From assembly GCA_028534125.1 (NCBI GenBank), contig CM052816.1, positions 47,990,001-48,054,000 on the forward strand: DNA of 64,000 bases. Direction: 5' to 3'. Shown one piece after another: positions 1 through 13,600 of the stretch. Position 1 is the first letter of the stretch; each line of letters starts with the position of its first letter. The translations under genes were made by a program, and so were the position numbers. The DNA comes from Lama glama (Eukaryota). Below the pieces are notes generated by a model. It was not told the origin of the DNA and ran no database searches. It saw only the letters and a program-made list of their open reading frames with translations.

Positions 1-339
1 GAAATATAATAAAAACAAAAATTAAGCCATCCTTGAAATTCATGGTCCTTAACACTTTTCTAGCATTAGGATTCAATGGCAATCCTTCAGAAGTGACTTT
101 GGCAATTGTCTGTTTTCCAAATGTGTGAGCAGGTCTTGAAAGGAAGTGAAAAGTTTGTCATGTGTTAAGGTGTTGATAGTAGAAAGGCTGGAGAGTTGCA
201 TCAAGGGGAGAATTAAAGCTCTTGGATTAGTCTTTGCTTAGATACTACTCTACCTTTGCCAAGAGTCTGTGGAGTGATCAGAAGAAAAACCAAAATACAG
301 TATAGATATTTACAATGCATTAATTTTTCATACCCTCCC

Positions 340-650
340 CAACATTCCTCAAACTCCTTGTAGTTAAGCAGGGCCATGTAACAGTTCTGGCCAATGATGT
401 TTGAGCATAAGTAATATAACTCCTTTGGTAGAAGTCTAGAAGCTTACGTCCTCCACACCACTTCCCCTGCTTCTCCCCTGCCAGAGCAAGCCCTAGAATG
501 TTACTGCAGTGATTGTACCACAATAGGGCAGAACTTTTGTCATCTTGGGTCACTGAACAAGGATCAGACCTCTCCAGCCCAACTTGATGAATAATCATCA
601 TAAGGAAGAAATCTTTTGTTTTGTTAGACTATTTGATTTGGGGATTACTT
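340..650 (+). mobile_element. Old ERVL/MaLR-class LTR fragment (LTR16/LTR33-like)
   Basis: ggccatgtaacagttctggccaatga motif and a 3' end resembling agaaat..ttttgttttgttaag..atttgggg. Confidence 0.55.
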
Positions 651-1152
651 TATTTCATTATTATTACATTTTCAATGTTCCCTTTTATTACTTGTATCCC
701 TTTTATTAATTGTATCCATACACAAGGTGTTCTGGGTCAGAGACAGATTTCTCAGTAAATTTTTCACAGTAAATAATAAATGCATTGGGCCCCACTTGCC
801 CTAGTCCTTACCTTAGAGTGGAACAATAAAAGCCATGCCAGTTGTCCTATGTGAGTGGTCAAATGCTCAAATGAGAGATGAGGAAAAATGAGTTTTCCCT
901 ACTTATATAAAGGAAGAAGGCAGCTGTCCTCCTCCCCTTATGTAGATAAAATCTCTCCAGGAGCCAGATAGCCCCCATATGTCTCAGCTTTTAAAGCCCA
1001 TCTACCTAGATGGCTCTTCTAGTTCTAGAGCTTTATACCTTTTTGACATGCAAAGCCCTACTGAAATAGCCCTCAGTCTTCCAGGTCCCTCGGGACTTAA
1101 CCTAGAGACCCAGTTCAGGCTCTAACTCACTAGTCTTCTTGGAAGATAAGAG

Positions 1153-1223
1153 AAGTTTTATCCTTTTAAATCAGAGAAATTAATTAGGCAAGTTTTATCC
1201 TTCTAAATCAGAGAAATTAATTA
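1153..1223. repeat. Tandem duplication, 34-bp unit at period 37
   Basis: aagttttatcctt(t/c)taaatcagagaaattaatta at 1153-1186 and 1190-1223. Confidence 0.95.
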
Positions 1224-3059
1224 ATATTCATGGTATGTGAAGACGCTTTTTACATTCTAAGAGAAGTGAAAACATTCTTTAACTTTATAGCATATAAATT
1301 TCTTTGGCCCAAGAGGCTACAAGAGTAGGAGCATTAAGAAAGCCAGGAAAGTTTTACTTCCCCACATTTATGATGGTTTAGCCTCCCCTGAATAATAAAA
1401 GGATTAAGGGCCAGACTAATCTGGCTGAAAAGGCATATATGTAAATGAAAATAGAAAAGATGAACTTGAAAATGTAGCCTGCATATATGTTTTGTCAGGC
1501 CAAGGATTTGGTATTGTATTCATCCAAAAACATGACAATGATTTTGGAGGACTTTTTATCTGAAAGTGTCTATGTATCAATTCAAATATTTCTAACAAGT
1601 GTCTGATAGGTTCAAATGTGAAGGGGGCTCAAAGCAGTAGTAAGTATCTAGTGAAGAAAAGGAATTTCCTTGGAATAAATTCTGAAAAAGCCATAGTCTC
1701 TGGAAGAGCCTGGGGATTCTGACTCCTTGAAGTCTGACACGATCTTAATATGATAAAGTAACTTAACCACATGGATCTGGCCTAGAATGTGCCCTAGGGG
1801 GACAAACATCTCCTTAGTCTTGACTTCTGCTGTCACCTTCACCATACTTTTCTCCAGTGATGACCTCCAGCAGCTGTCATTCAAACTGACTCTAAATTGG
1901 ACTTGGTATCTAAAGGACCAAGAAAAAGTTCTTTTTGTTTTCTTTTAAAGGATAAAGTAAAGCTCTCAAACTGAGGTTATATTATTACTTCATTAAGCGA
2001 AATTAAAAGGAGATCTAAATACCAGCTGTAAAATCTTTTAAAATGTAAATTCTAATCCAGGTTTCTGAGATTCTCTTGAGGAAACAGGGTTTTATGAATG
2101 TAAATCTTTGGTGTATCCTGTGTCAAGGATTTCTCTTTTTGTAAACAGAAAGCCTAGCAGAACACAACAAAAAATAACTTGAACTTTATCCATAGCTTTT
2201 GTCTTTTCTTCTTGAATTTAGCTTGTCAACACAGAGCCACAGGGGTCCCTCTTTAAAGCCTTGAGATTAGACTTGTTGATGAAAAGAATGAAAATAATAA
2301 AAATAATGTTTCCTTCCCATAAAATCCATATCCTCAAAAAATTGAGGTAAATAAATAGTGACTGTATTTGTTATATCAATTGTGCATATTATTACAGCAT
2401 TTCAAATGATGTTTGTTTTTCCCTTACCTGTAATTTAGTTTGACATCTGGGAATGAATATCTTTAGCATGCCTAATTTTCCAGCTCTTAATAGTATATAA
2501 TTAAAGTATTTGTAGGTATTGTGAATTTAACTGACATATAAACAATATGCTTGTGGATGATAAGCACATACTAATTTCCATATCAAAATTTGAAAGTAAA
2601 TAAGAAGCTTTCTTCCTTGTAAGTCTTTTGACAGAGCCTCTTTCAATGCCTTAACTTATTTTTACTAATAATTATGTTATCAGGATAGGTTTGGCTCAAA
2701 ATAAGAGTATTTATCTTAGCCTTGGAAAGATTCAAATGCTAACTGATATACTAAAAACTGAACAGAAGGCAAACTTAAAAAATTTAGAAGAAAAAAAACA
2801 TAGAAAAGTGCATGAAAGTTGTAGGGTGTAGAGGCACAAAAAAGGTAACTTATTTACATAAGAAATACTTATTTTAGAGGGGAAGGGATGAATGATTCTA
2901 TGGTATCCCTCCACCGCCTTCCCTAACCTATGCTGTGGCATGAGCTGGACCTGAACTTAAAAGTCCATATGCTACTTAATAGGTACATGGCCTTGGACAC
3001 ACTTGGGCACTCTCTTAGAAACAGTCTCTTAATATTATGTAAAAAGCATCTTCTCTCTT

Positions 3060-3815
3060 TCTCTCACCCCTGATCAGATAATTTGCTAAGAAATTCCTGT
3101 CAAAAAATCTTATTGGCTCTATTTTCAAAATATATCCATGTTGCTCCAAGTCCCCATCATTATCCTTCAACTGAACATTACAACGTGCTTCTCCTTTACC
3201 TCTTGTTTCCAATCTTGCTCCATTCTTTCTGTTCTCAATGCTGCAGCCACAGTAAACCTTTGAAAAATAAAGTCAGATAGTGTCACTCCTCTCCTCTAAA
3301 GCTTCCATTGATTCCCCTTCTTATTCAGAGTAAAAGCCATCGTTCTTACAAAGGCTTACAAGACTCTATCCACTCTGGCCCCCGTGACCTCTTTCTAAGT
3401 AGGTTCTCTCACTGCTGTGCTCTGGTCACTTTGAGCTTTCTACTATTTCTTGAACCCAAAAGACAAATTCCTGCCTTAGGAACATGCATACCACAGCTAT
3501 CTCAAGTTTTTGCTTAAATATTAACTTATTAATAAGGTATACATTGAGCATTTTATTTAAAATTACCTCTTACTTCTCTCCACCCTACCCACTCTCTGCC
3601 TCAGTTCTATTTCTTACCAATACCCTCCAATTTCTCAGATACTATGTATTTTGCTTATTATGCTTAATGTTTCTTATCTCTTTCCCCCTTTAATATGTAA
3701 ACTTAACAAACACAGGGATTTTACTCTGTTTTGTTCACTGATGTATACCAAGATCCTGGAACAGTACACTGAACCTGTTAAGTGCTCAATAAATATTTGC
3801 TGAATGAATGAATAA
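3060..3815 (+). mobile_element. LINE-2 3' portion (L2a-like)
   Basis: gtcagatagtgtcactcctctcctc, then aagtgctcaataaatatttgctgaatgaatgaat, the diagnostic L2 tail. Confidence 0.85.
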
Positions 3816-4885
3816 GTACCTATGCCCTAGTGTTATTTTGAAGATTAAATTCAATTGTTTAATAGTGCTACTATATTCCTACCTAGATAGGTCTAAACTT
3901 TTTTATTTATAAAATGTCTTCAGTCTTCCTCATATTCTCAATTGTAAAAGAAATAAACATAAAAAGACCCTGTAATATAAAAGATTACAATGAGCTATAT
4001 TTTTAGCTTCATTAATATGCTTGTTTGCTTTGAGACCTAAAACCTGGGCCAATGACATTAATAGCTTTATTAGATACACTTTAGTAAATCCTTTGCACAA
4101 CCTACTGCTAACAAAATATCCTGAAGAGATTAAGCCTCTGTGGAACTACTAAATGCACCACACATACAATCAGAAACAATGGCCAGCTGTAAGATCAAGT
4201 GAGTGAAGGAGGACCAGCAATAGCATTAAGAGATGACAAAATACACTGAGATCTAAATAATGTTTTCATCTCAGTTAACCTTAACAGCATAGTTAACCTG
4301 CATGATAGTTGAAAAAAGAAATATTAATACTTCCTTATACTGTGGTAAAACATAAACAAATAATGTGTGAAGATCTCAAAATTCAGTACTTATTTCCCAA
4401 TAAACATTAGTTGATTTTGAATATTAAAATTAGGTGTACTGTACACTATAATTTGATATCAAAATTCTTCTGTGCTTTTAAATTTTATTTTCTCTGACTT
4501 TAACAAGCAAAGCACACTCTCATATTAACTTAATATCTCCGGAAATTTTCCTTCTGAGATGTATACAGATTATTATGTTTGCACCAATTATTCCCATTCA
4601 TAACTCAGTCTTCTGTGATTTTGGTTACCTTACACAAATCTACCATATCCTAATTGTAATTACAATGTTTTATTAAGCTTCAGACTATAATCTCTCTTCT
4701 CTAGGAGACTTTCAATGTACTCATAAGATAAAAAACTCATCAATTTTCTTGTTCCTCTCTTGAGATAATTGCAAGATATATGTGTGTGTGTGCATACATA
4801 ACATAAACACACACAGAAATCAAAAGGTTAAAAGACTGAAGTACCTGCTTAAATTATCCTCGAAGACAATTCAAAGATTTGTGTA

Positions 4886-4932
4886 AATATATATATATAT
4901 ATGTACATATACATATATATACATATATATAT
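4886..4932. repeat. (TA)n/(TACA) microsatellite
   Basis: Direct reading. Confidence 0.9.
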
Positions 4933-7194
4933 TTCTATGACCAAGGACATTAAATAAAAACAAACATGGTTAAAAATTGTTTCTAAATCCACCAACTCTT
5001 GCTTCCATTCCTTTTTAATAATCATTTTTGTTTCTCATATGCCACATTTTAACAGCTTGATTTTAGCCTTTTTATGTTCTCTTAACATGCTATTTTAGTT
5101 TGTTGCTTGGGAAGTTTTTCACGCTTGCAAATTGATGATTGATTTGACTACAGGGCACTCAGGTCCCAAGTTCTGTCTTAATGAAGACTCCTTCTAACAA
5201 TGTGATATTTTGGAGTCTATCATTACTACTTACCAACTATACAAAAGATGTTGTCATAACAACCAGAGCTTAGTGGCTTAGTAGTCCAGATTTTCAGATA
5301 TAATGTTTATACCTAAATAATATATTTCTGCATTGCTTTAAACCACCTGTAAAATAAATGAAATGTCTACTTTGAGCATTAATGAGGAATGCTTAAAGAA
5401 TTTCCTGTAAATAAACGTATCTGTGTAATGTCTGTGTCTCTTTACACAAATGTATATATGTGTGTTTATCTATAATGTATATGTAAATACATACTCCATA
5501 TCTGTATGACCCACCCTCTTCCCCACATCTCTATGACCTCAAATTCTACCCATCCCTCAAGACCCAACCAAACTCCACAACATTGTCTCAGATAAACTAG
5601 GCTCCCAGCTCCCCTATGCTGTCACAGCCCTTTTTGAGCCAGCACTTATTCTATCCTAATTTGTATTCAATTTATGTGTGTAAGCAACTATCTTTATCCT
5701 GGGTTTCTGCACTCCTGAAAGATGGGAAATACCATCTTACCTCTCTCAGTGTTTTTCTCAAAGACCACTACTTATACCTTAAAACATAGGACTTAAATAG
5801 ATAATAAGTGAAATGAATTTGTCTTTGTCAAGCAACTCCTTGGACAGAGCACTAGAGTTCTGCTTTGATGGAGTACTGACATTCTATGTATATACGCAAA
5901 GGGAACTGCCTTCAACTTTAGAGTTCACCATTCATCTTATTAAATATTAAAATGAGCTCTCAGTAGAGATTGCCTCTTACTCTCACTTGATTAACTGTAC
6001 TATAAAGTTATTTTATAATGCCAGAGAAAGTGCTAAGTATTCACGACATCAAAAGACTTTACCACAGGTCTTACAACGTAGAGGCCTTAAGATTTTAAGA
6101 CCAGAATTAATTAACTGTAGAGATAGAGGAGCCAAAATACTTTTCACAGTGGCTGGTCTCTTGAAGAATTTTGTATTCTCATTTGTTTTTCAGTCCACAA
6201 TGTAAAGTTCCAGTTTTTGCATTTTGCACATGTACAGAGTATAATAGAATTGCTAAAGAATGTAATAAAATGCACAGACAAAGTCCATTATGGAAACAAG
6301 ACTATTAGGGGCAACAGAAAGCACTATTTTCCTGTATTTCATTATAAAATATCTCTTGTAATTAATATTCTACCCTCCCACTTTTCATGTTCTAACCCTA
6401 ACTGAAACCTCATATTCCCATTCTCAGACTACTTCTTCCTGGTTATCCTTATTTCCCTGTTTCTCTTCTTACTAGGCCATCAGGCAGGTAGTTGCAAATT
6501 AATATTACTCTTGTAAACCACATGCTCAGAATTATAAAGGCCTGAGACCCATCAACCTTACGCCTGAACTTGCCACATCAGCCCTCCTCCCAACCCCTAT
6601 CTCCACCCGACCATGACCTTTCTTTACTCTTTGCCACACGTATTTATCTAGTCTCACCTTAGGGTAGTTGATTAAGCCAAAGGCTTCTTCATACTTCCTG
6701 AAGTCTTACTTAATCTCATATCTTCAACTATGTTCATATTCTTCTCTATACTTGGAATGTTCTTCAGTTTAATTCACTTCCACACACATTAATTGAGTAT
6801 TCACTGTTTATCAGTCTATGCTAGGTTCTAGGGACACAAAAATGCAAAGATGCAGCAGTTGCCTTTTAAGGATATATCATTCTTTTTTCATCTTTCTCTG
6901 TCAGTTCTATCTTGTCTTTTCTGTACATGCTACTTAAGATACTTCCAAGAAAAAAACGTTTTGATTCACCTCACCTGATGCTGCTCATTCTTTTACTCCA
7001 TATATTCTCTTATTCTATATTCCATTGTTCTTCAATTTATTATGTCATCTGTAACTTCTTAGGTCAGATTTTCTTTGGGAAATGTTTGAAAATGCTGGAG
7101 CTGATAGCAATATTTATATTTCCTAACATAGCATCATTAAATAGGTATATCTACAGCATCTTTATGCTCTGAAACTTTTATATATAGAAATTAT

Positions 7195-7400
7195 ATACCC
7201 TATGAAGTTCTAGAAGAGACTAACTTATGGTGAAATAATAAGAGCTGTTGCTTCTGGGAGATAGGAACAGGGATTGACAGGGAAGGCGGATGAAAGAACT
7301 TTCTAGCATTAAGATATGCATTATATAGGTGTATGTATTGATCTAAACTCATCAGTCATTAAGATTTTGTCCATTTCACTGTATGTAAATTTTATCTTTT
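7195..7400 (+). mobile_element. Old L1M 3' UTR fragment
   Basis: gggattgacagggaagg..gaactttct..catttcactgtatgtaaattttatct, typical of L1MC/ME 3' ends. Confidence 0.65.
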
Positions 7401-8429
7401 TATGTCTTTGTTTTGCACTTATTTCTTAGCTGTTTTATGCCTTGCTTTCAGTTCCTTTATTAAATTTCAGGCAAATCCATCTTTCCTTAGGCATCTGGTT
7501 ATTTCAAAGATCGCTGTGTCTTTTTTTCTCCCTTTTTCCTGTTTGGTCAATTCTTGTTTCACACCTGCCAGCCCCAATTTCTCTTCAAAGTTTTTGAATT
7601 TTTAAATTCAAGGTGACTTTTTTTCCTTCAATTTGCCAATGTTTAAGAATATTTAATCCAGATTGGATCGTGCTAGGATTTCTACTGCCTCAAGGATGGT
7701 GTTTTTTGGGGGCAGACTTTTCATCAGCTGAAATGAAATGCTATGATTCTAAATTTCTGATTTCTTCTTATAGTAACTTTGTATGAATGCCATCTATCAT
7801 AGGCTATTCACCTTGAAATACTATCTTCCTGTACCAGTAATACAATTATATGTAGCCAGAGTGAGAGTCTGAGGAGGCTAACTAGGTTTCTTACTTCAAA
7901 GGCATTCTCTTCTTTGGATGTAGTGAAATAATACCTAAAAAAAAAAATAATAATGTTGCACTTGTTTTGATGGGAGTGAGCTTGCTGTACTTCTAATTTT
8001 GTAGTCTGTTTTTATAGGAAACAATTTCACCCTCTTGCTCCCTTTTCTTCATTTACGAGCAAGCCTTCAAGGATGTATCTCCTTGACACTGTCATTTACT
8101 CAAAAGTGGTGTCATTCTGAAACTCCTACCTTGGGATCTGCTCATTTTCAAGTCCCTTCCTTTCATTTTCACAGTAGCCAGTGCTCAGTCTACAAGACTG
8201 CAAGCTGTTTCTTAGTATTTTCCCACTCTGAGTGCAACCGGTTTTTGAGAGTGATTTTATATGTATCCCAACATCCCCAGTCTCCCCACCTCCACCCGTC
8301 ATCCATACCCTCTCTGACCCCACCCACATTTCAGTATAAGTCTCCTCTTAGATATAGGCTCTATGTGTGATTTTGCTTGTCTGATTGCCTATTTTTCTAC
8401 TTACAGGTTACTTAAAATCTGTCCCTTAG

Positions 8430-9374
8430 TATTTTGGGTTTCTGGACCCAAATCCAATGTGTGTGTGTGTAGTCTTCCCTACACAAGCACTTCTCAAACA
8501 CCAGCAGGGTGTTGGAGAATTCAACTCAATTCTGACACTATTTGCCCAGAGACAGCATCAGATTCTACAGGTAAAGGGCTCTGTTCCATAAGAGTGCCCT
8601 CCACTTCAGATGTTAATCGCAAGTTCGGGTTGTTACCTGTGCTTCTGACTGACTGGCTATAAATCAGAGGTTCCTATGAACCTGTCCTTGGGTTTGATTA
8701 ATTTGCTAGAGCAGCTCACAGAACTCAGGGAACCCATTTATTCACTAGATTACAGATTTATTACAAAGGATATTAAAGGATACCAATCAGCAGCCAGATG
8801 AAGAGACACTTGGGGTGAGGTCCTGAACAAAGGAGCTTCAGTCTTCCTGGAGCTTGGGGCCCAGCATGGTAGCACATGGATGAGGTCTGGTTCCTCACCA
8901 TGGAAACTTTCTGAATCTTGCCCCTTTTGGGGTTTTTATGGAGGCTTTATTACATAGATATGATTCATTAACTGATCAGCCATTGGTGATTAATTCATCC
9001 TCTAGCCCCTTCTCACCTCCTCAGAAATCAGGGGTAGAACTAAAAGTTCCAACTTTCCATTCAAGGTTGGTTTCCCCTAGCAACTAGTCACCATCCTTAG
9101 ATGCTTTCCAGAAGTCATATTCATTAACATAAGCCCAGTTATGGTAGAAAGGGGCTTGTTATGAATAACAAGACTGCCATTTGACTTCTATGGCTCTGAG
9201 GGTTTTCAGGTACTGAGGACGAGACCAAATATTATAACAAAAGATGTTCCTATTGCTTTTATGGCTCAGGAAACTGCAAAGGTTTTGGAAGGTGTGAGCC
9301 AGGAACCACTGACGAAGACCAAATATATATGAGAAATGGCCAAATATATATATCTTATAAATCCCAATATCACA
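8430..9374 (-). mobile_element. MER21-family solo LTR
   Basis: aattcaactcaattctgacacta, ttgctagagcagctcacagaactcaggg and terminal aatatcaca. Imperfect flanks CTTAG/CTTAA. Confidence 0.8.
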
Positions 9375-9467
9375 CTTAATTAAAGACACAGGCTACGAGT
9401 GAATTTGCATTCCCTACTCATCAGTAAGGTTCTCCGGAGGCCAGGTGGGTAAATTTAGATTTAGGAG

Positions 9468-10152
9468 GTATCCTAGTCTGTTTGAGCTGCTGTAACAGAA
9501 TATCACAGACTGTGCAGCTTATAAACAACAAAGATTTATTTCTCACAGTTTGGAGGCTGAAGAATTCAAGAATTCAAGGTGCTGGCAGGTTCGGTGTCTG
9601 GTGAAGGCCTGCTTCCCATTTTATAGATATCTGTCTTCTTGCTATGTCTTCAAATGGCAGAAGGAGGTTAAGGAGCTCTCAAGGGTATTGACCTGAAACA
9701 AAGAGACTGCCAAATATTTTCCCAGCAAAGATGGGTTTATTCGAGACCAGCAGAGAATTGCAATTCGAGGTCTGTAACCTTGGTGAGCCACAGGCAAGTT
9801 CCCTGACAGTAAGGGAAGGAGAGAACTTTTATAGAGAGGAAAAGGAAATTGGGAGGGCTACAGTAAACAAGGAACCCATGACTTTTCATTGGCTGAGCCC
9901 TTGCCAGGAAAGAGTCTTTCTGCTTCCTGTTGGGCTCAGCTATTGTCACAGGGCATGAGAGCTCTGCCTTCTGGTCTTTTGACCATATTTAATTCAGGTT
10001 TTTGTTTAGTAATTTGTTACGGAGGTTCTTTTATAGGGCACTAATTCCATGTATGAGGGCTCTAGTAACAAACGAATCACTTTCCAAATGCTCTATCTGC
10101 AAATGGGTCACACTGGGGATCAGGATTCAACAAAAATTTTGGGGGGCACACT
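9468..10152 (-). mobile_element. MLT1A-like MaLR LTR interrupted by a nested LTR
   Basis: ctgctgtaacagaatatcacagactg..tttatttctcacagtt, resuming after the insert with ttttatagggcactaattccat..gagggc. Confidence 0.8.
9686..10021 (-). mobile_element. Nested solo LTR (~335 bp, ERV-type, family not identified)
   Basis: Interrupts the MLT1 consensus; decayed TG..CA ends (TA..CG); minus-strand CCAAT, TATAAAA and AATAAA in LTR order. Confidence 0.65.
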
Positions 10153-11564
10153 GTTGATAGCAGGAAGTTCTTTTCTATGATAAATTTGAGATATTTAGAA
10201 TTTCCTTTCTAAAATCCTGACAATTTTTTCCCAAACAATTCATATTAATTCCAGTAATGGCAAACACTGCAAGCCAGTAAACTCATCCTATTTTGTACAT
10301 TAGAAAGTATTGTTTGTACTGTAACTGACAGCAATGTCCCCCAAAGCTCAACTGTTAGGAAAAGGCAGCATTTCAGAATATCTTGTTCTTTAATTGGTGA
10401 TAATAATTAAGTTAAACTCAAGTTAAACAGTTTCAATTCTGCTGCACAGGGTGTATATAACCCACTTACTCGATTTCTGCTGGTGGGAAAATCTATGCCT
10501 TCCTAAACACAGAAGGACCTCTGAGTGGTATAGTAGCTGAGAAGGGAACCTATGACCATTGAAACATCAAAAATGGCCATCTTTAGCTCAAAATGTGAAA
10601 TACTAGTAATTTCTACTTAATATACACCCTGTCTGAGGAAAGTGTAATTGGTTTTGGTAGTTAGCATGAGAGCATGAGCATGAATGGAGATTTTACACTA
10701 CAGTTTACAGACAGAACTTCATTGATCAAATCTCTCAGAACATAAAGATGAAGCCTGATAAATTTATCAGTATGTAGATATTTAACTGATCATCTCCTGT
10801 TACTAGGCATCAGGAGAGAATTTTCTAGACTGGCTCCTCAAATACTAGGAAATGCATCCTATTTTCATCCATCTAAATACAGCTGTTGAAAGCCTAATAT
10901 TACCTGACACTGTACTAAGTTTTGGAATCCAGCAAAAAAAAAAAATACACAAAGCTTATTCTAAAGAGTATAAAGCCCATTAAAATTTGATTATTCAATA
11001 TCAATTATTGTGATATCTGCCTTTTGTCAGGTCTGGGAAAACTGGGATGGGGTGGTGAATTTTAGTTGAAAAATCCAAATTTGAGATGACCTTGTGCAGA
11101 AATGCTACATAGAGCTGTACTGTTTTCCAGTGTACAATATACAAAGGTGACTGGACAAGGGAACAACTGCATTCTGGCATGAAGCTGTGTCCATCTGGAA
11201 GAAGGGACTCATTTTTCTAATTTTCATAAAGCTGTCCGATGGTAAGTGGGATCCATCAAAATGAAAGATATGGTGGTAATGCCAATAGGTAGCTATGCAA
11301 AACTGCAGCTCTAAAAACCACTTTAAAAGCCAAAATCTATATTACTTCCATCATTCTGGTCCCTGTCTACACATGGGAAGTGCTAACAAGAGATCTTCCC
11401 TTACAAGTCATGCTTTTGTGTGGTACCCATTTTTTTAATTGTAGAGCCAATTCATTTTAAATTGGAAGAGTCCTCAGAAGATCAAGTTGACAACAAATTC
11501 TACAATTGAAGATTCAGAGATGTAGAGAAGTAACCCTTTTCAAGATCATATGGAGTATCCAAGT

Positions 11565-11905
11565 ATTTCAGTGAGGGTAGGCCATTATTTGCAGTAACAA
11601 ATAATCCTCAAATCCCAGCAGCTTAAAACAATGAGAAAGTTTCTTGCTCACTCTATACTTTTGACAAAGGGCTGTACTCACTAGTTATTCAGAGACCCAG
11701 GCTAATGAAGGCTATATCCCAGCAGCAGGAGGGAGGGAACTTGGTGAATTGCATACTGTCTTCTAAAGCTTCAACGAAGAAGTAACACATCATTTCTGCT
11801 CATATTTTCCTTTGTCAAAAAAAAAAAAAAGGAGACAGAATTCAATCCTGCCATGCATGTTTAAATGGAAATGGCATATTCTTGAACAACCTTAATGAAT
11901 ACTGT
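11565..11905 (-). mobile_element. Old MLT1 (J/K-like) LTR
   Basis: gcagtaacaaataatcctcaaatcccagcagcttaaaacaa..tttcttgctcac. Confidence 0.65.
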
Positions 11906-12029
11906 ACTAGGTAAAGACCCAAATAGCTTGTACCCATATTCAAATACAAGTTCAAGAAATCTCTCCAAAATCAACTACAAATTTTAATTACATACTCACT
12001 TAAAAAAATCTTCACTGTATTACCATAGA

Positions 12030-12227
12030 TATATAGAAAATAGCTATCTTCCTTCTGGTCTACAAAATTTCAACAGCTGTGAGAATAAAGTATCATTTCA
12101 TATTGGATAAAATTTTTTAAAATCTTTGTATATATAAAATAGCTATCTTCCTTCCGGTCTACAAAATTTCAACAGCTGTGAGAATAAAGTATCATTTCAT
12201 ATTGGATAAAATTTTTTAAAATCTTTG
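12030..12227. repeat. Tandem duplication of a 99-bp unit
   Basis: 12030-12128 and 12129-12227 are identical except for 2 substitutions. Confidence 0.97.
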
Positions 12228-12559
12228 ATGTGGACAGAGTATAAATCATGTAAAAGCTTTCATTATTTACTTTAGAAAAATTATTTTCTATTGAAAAGAC
12301 ACACAAAAAATGCATTAACACTATTTCTCCTCTTTTCTAAAATCAGCTTATTCTTAAATTATAAAGACCTGTGCTATGGTCTTTAGTTGATACACTAAAA
12401 TAAAAGCTTATTACATTTTGACATTTGGGTCCATCTTCTCAGTACACTTTACAGAACAGTTGCAGCAGGCATTCTTCTGCACACCCCAGAGCCACTCTTC
12501 TCCCTTTCTGTTAGAATGCTGCTTTGCTCATTTCTACTTTTCCCACATAAGGCTTGGAA

Positions 12560-12885
12560 GAAAATATTGCTCAGATGTAATCACTGAGGTGACTACCATT
12601 TCCTTTGCTTGCTCACATTGTGTTTAGAAATGGATATAATATCCTTGTGTCCAATGAGTGATGAAGGAATCTGCTAGTGGGTTTCTAGGAAATCTTCATT
12701 CTTAAAATAACCTGAAACAGTAAATTTTCTTGCTGGATACTGTCAAGTCTGTATGGGATGCCTGGAACTGTAGTAACCATTTTATGACAAAGAAATAATT
12801 TATCAAAGAAATAATAGGCAAAGAGAGAATGCCCTTAAATTCACTGAACTTTTGTTATGCAAAACATTCCATAATCCTTTAAGCC
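12560..12885 (+). mobile_element. LTR33/LTR16-like ERVL LTR fragment
   Basis: ccaatgag..ctgctagtgggtttctaggaaa..gatgcctggaactgtagtaaccattttatgac. Confidence 0.55.
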
Positions 12886-13214
12886 AATGCTTCTCAAAAT
12901 GCTGATCTGAAACAGGACTAACAGCTACCGCCAGCATGTAAATCAATATACTTTCTTTCACTAAAGTTTATCCACAAAGAATATCAGATGAACAGTGTGG
13001 TCAGTGACATAGCTGAGTTACACTGTGGCAGAAAAATCTTAAATCTCATTAAGTCTGCAATAACTGGATTATTTGATTGGAGAACTCAACCATAAAAGTT
13101 GTCTGGGAAAAATTCATATTCAGAGAACAGACACACCGCTTTGGTGTACAGACTAGGAAGCCTGGGGTTTGCTTTTTTTATATAATTTTGCTGTTCTTGG
13201 CTTCAGTTCAACAA

Positions 13215-13600
13215 TCAGTTCAATAAACATTCATTGAGCACCTAAATTATACATGTAGGAAACATGAATAAATAGGATTCTCTGGTCTCAGATCACAAGT
13301 TGGTATGGGAGGAAAGGAAACCAGTAATTACAGTACATGCTGACTGAATTATTAACCTGTTTACAGGTTGTTGGAGACTTACATGTAGTTATGTTTGGGA
13401 TAATAAGGAGGGATCAGAAAGGGAAAACTTTACAAAAAAAGGGTGGTACCTGAGCTAAGTTAAGACATGGAGTCAGTTCACAAAACTCCAGAAGGTAGGT
13501 CCAGGGTGAAGCTCAAACAGTAGGGGAATGACTAAATGCTATGCTAAGGAGTTGGGAGTTTTACTGATAGTAAAAGCTTATTACATGATCAGACCTGCAT
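13215..13600 (-). mobile_element. L2 fragment
   Basis: ttcaataaacattcattgagcacct (reverse L2 tail) followed by purine-rich L2-like sequence. Confidence 0.6.

Noticed and set aside
11131..11241. Exon-like 111-nt segment (ttttccag| ... |gtaagt) on the plus strand
   Set aside because: Stops in all three frames and no partner exons; a lncRNA exon cannot be supported without RNA data.
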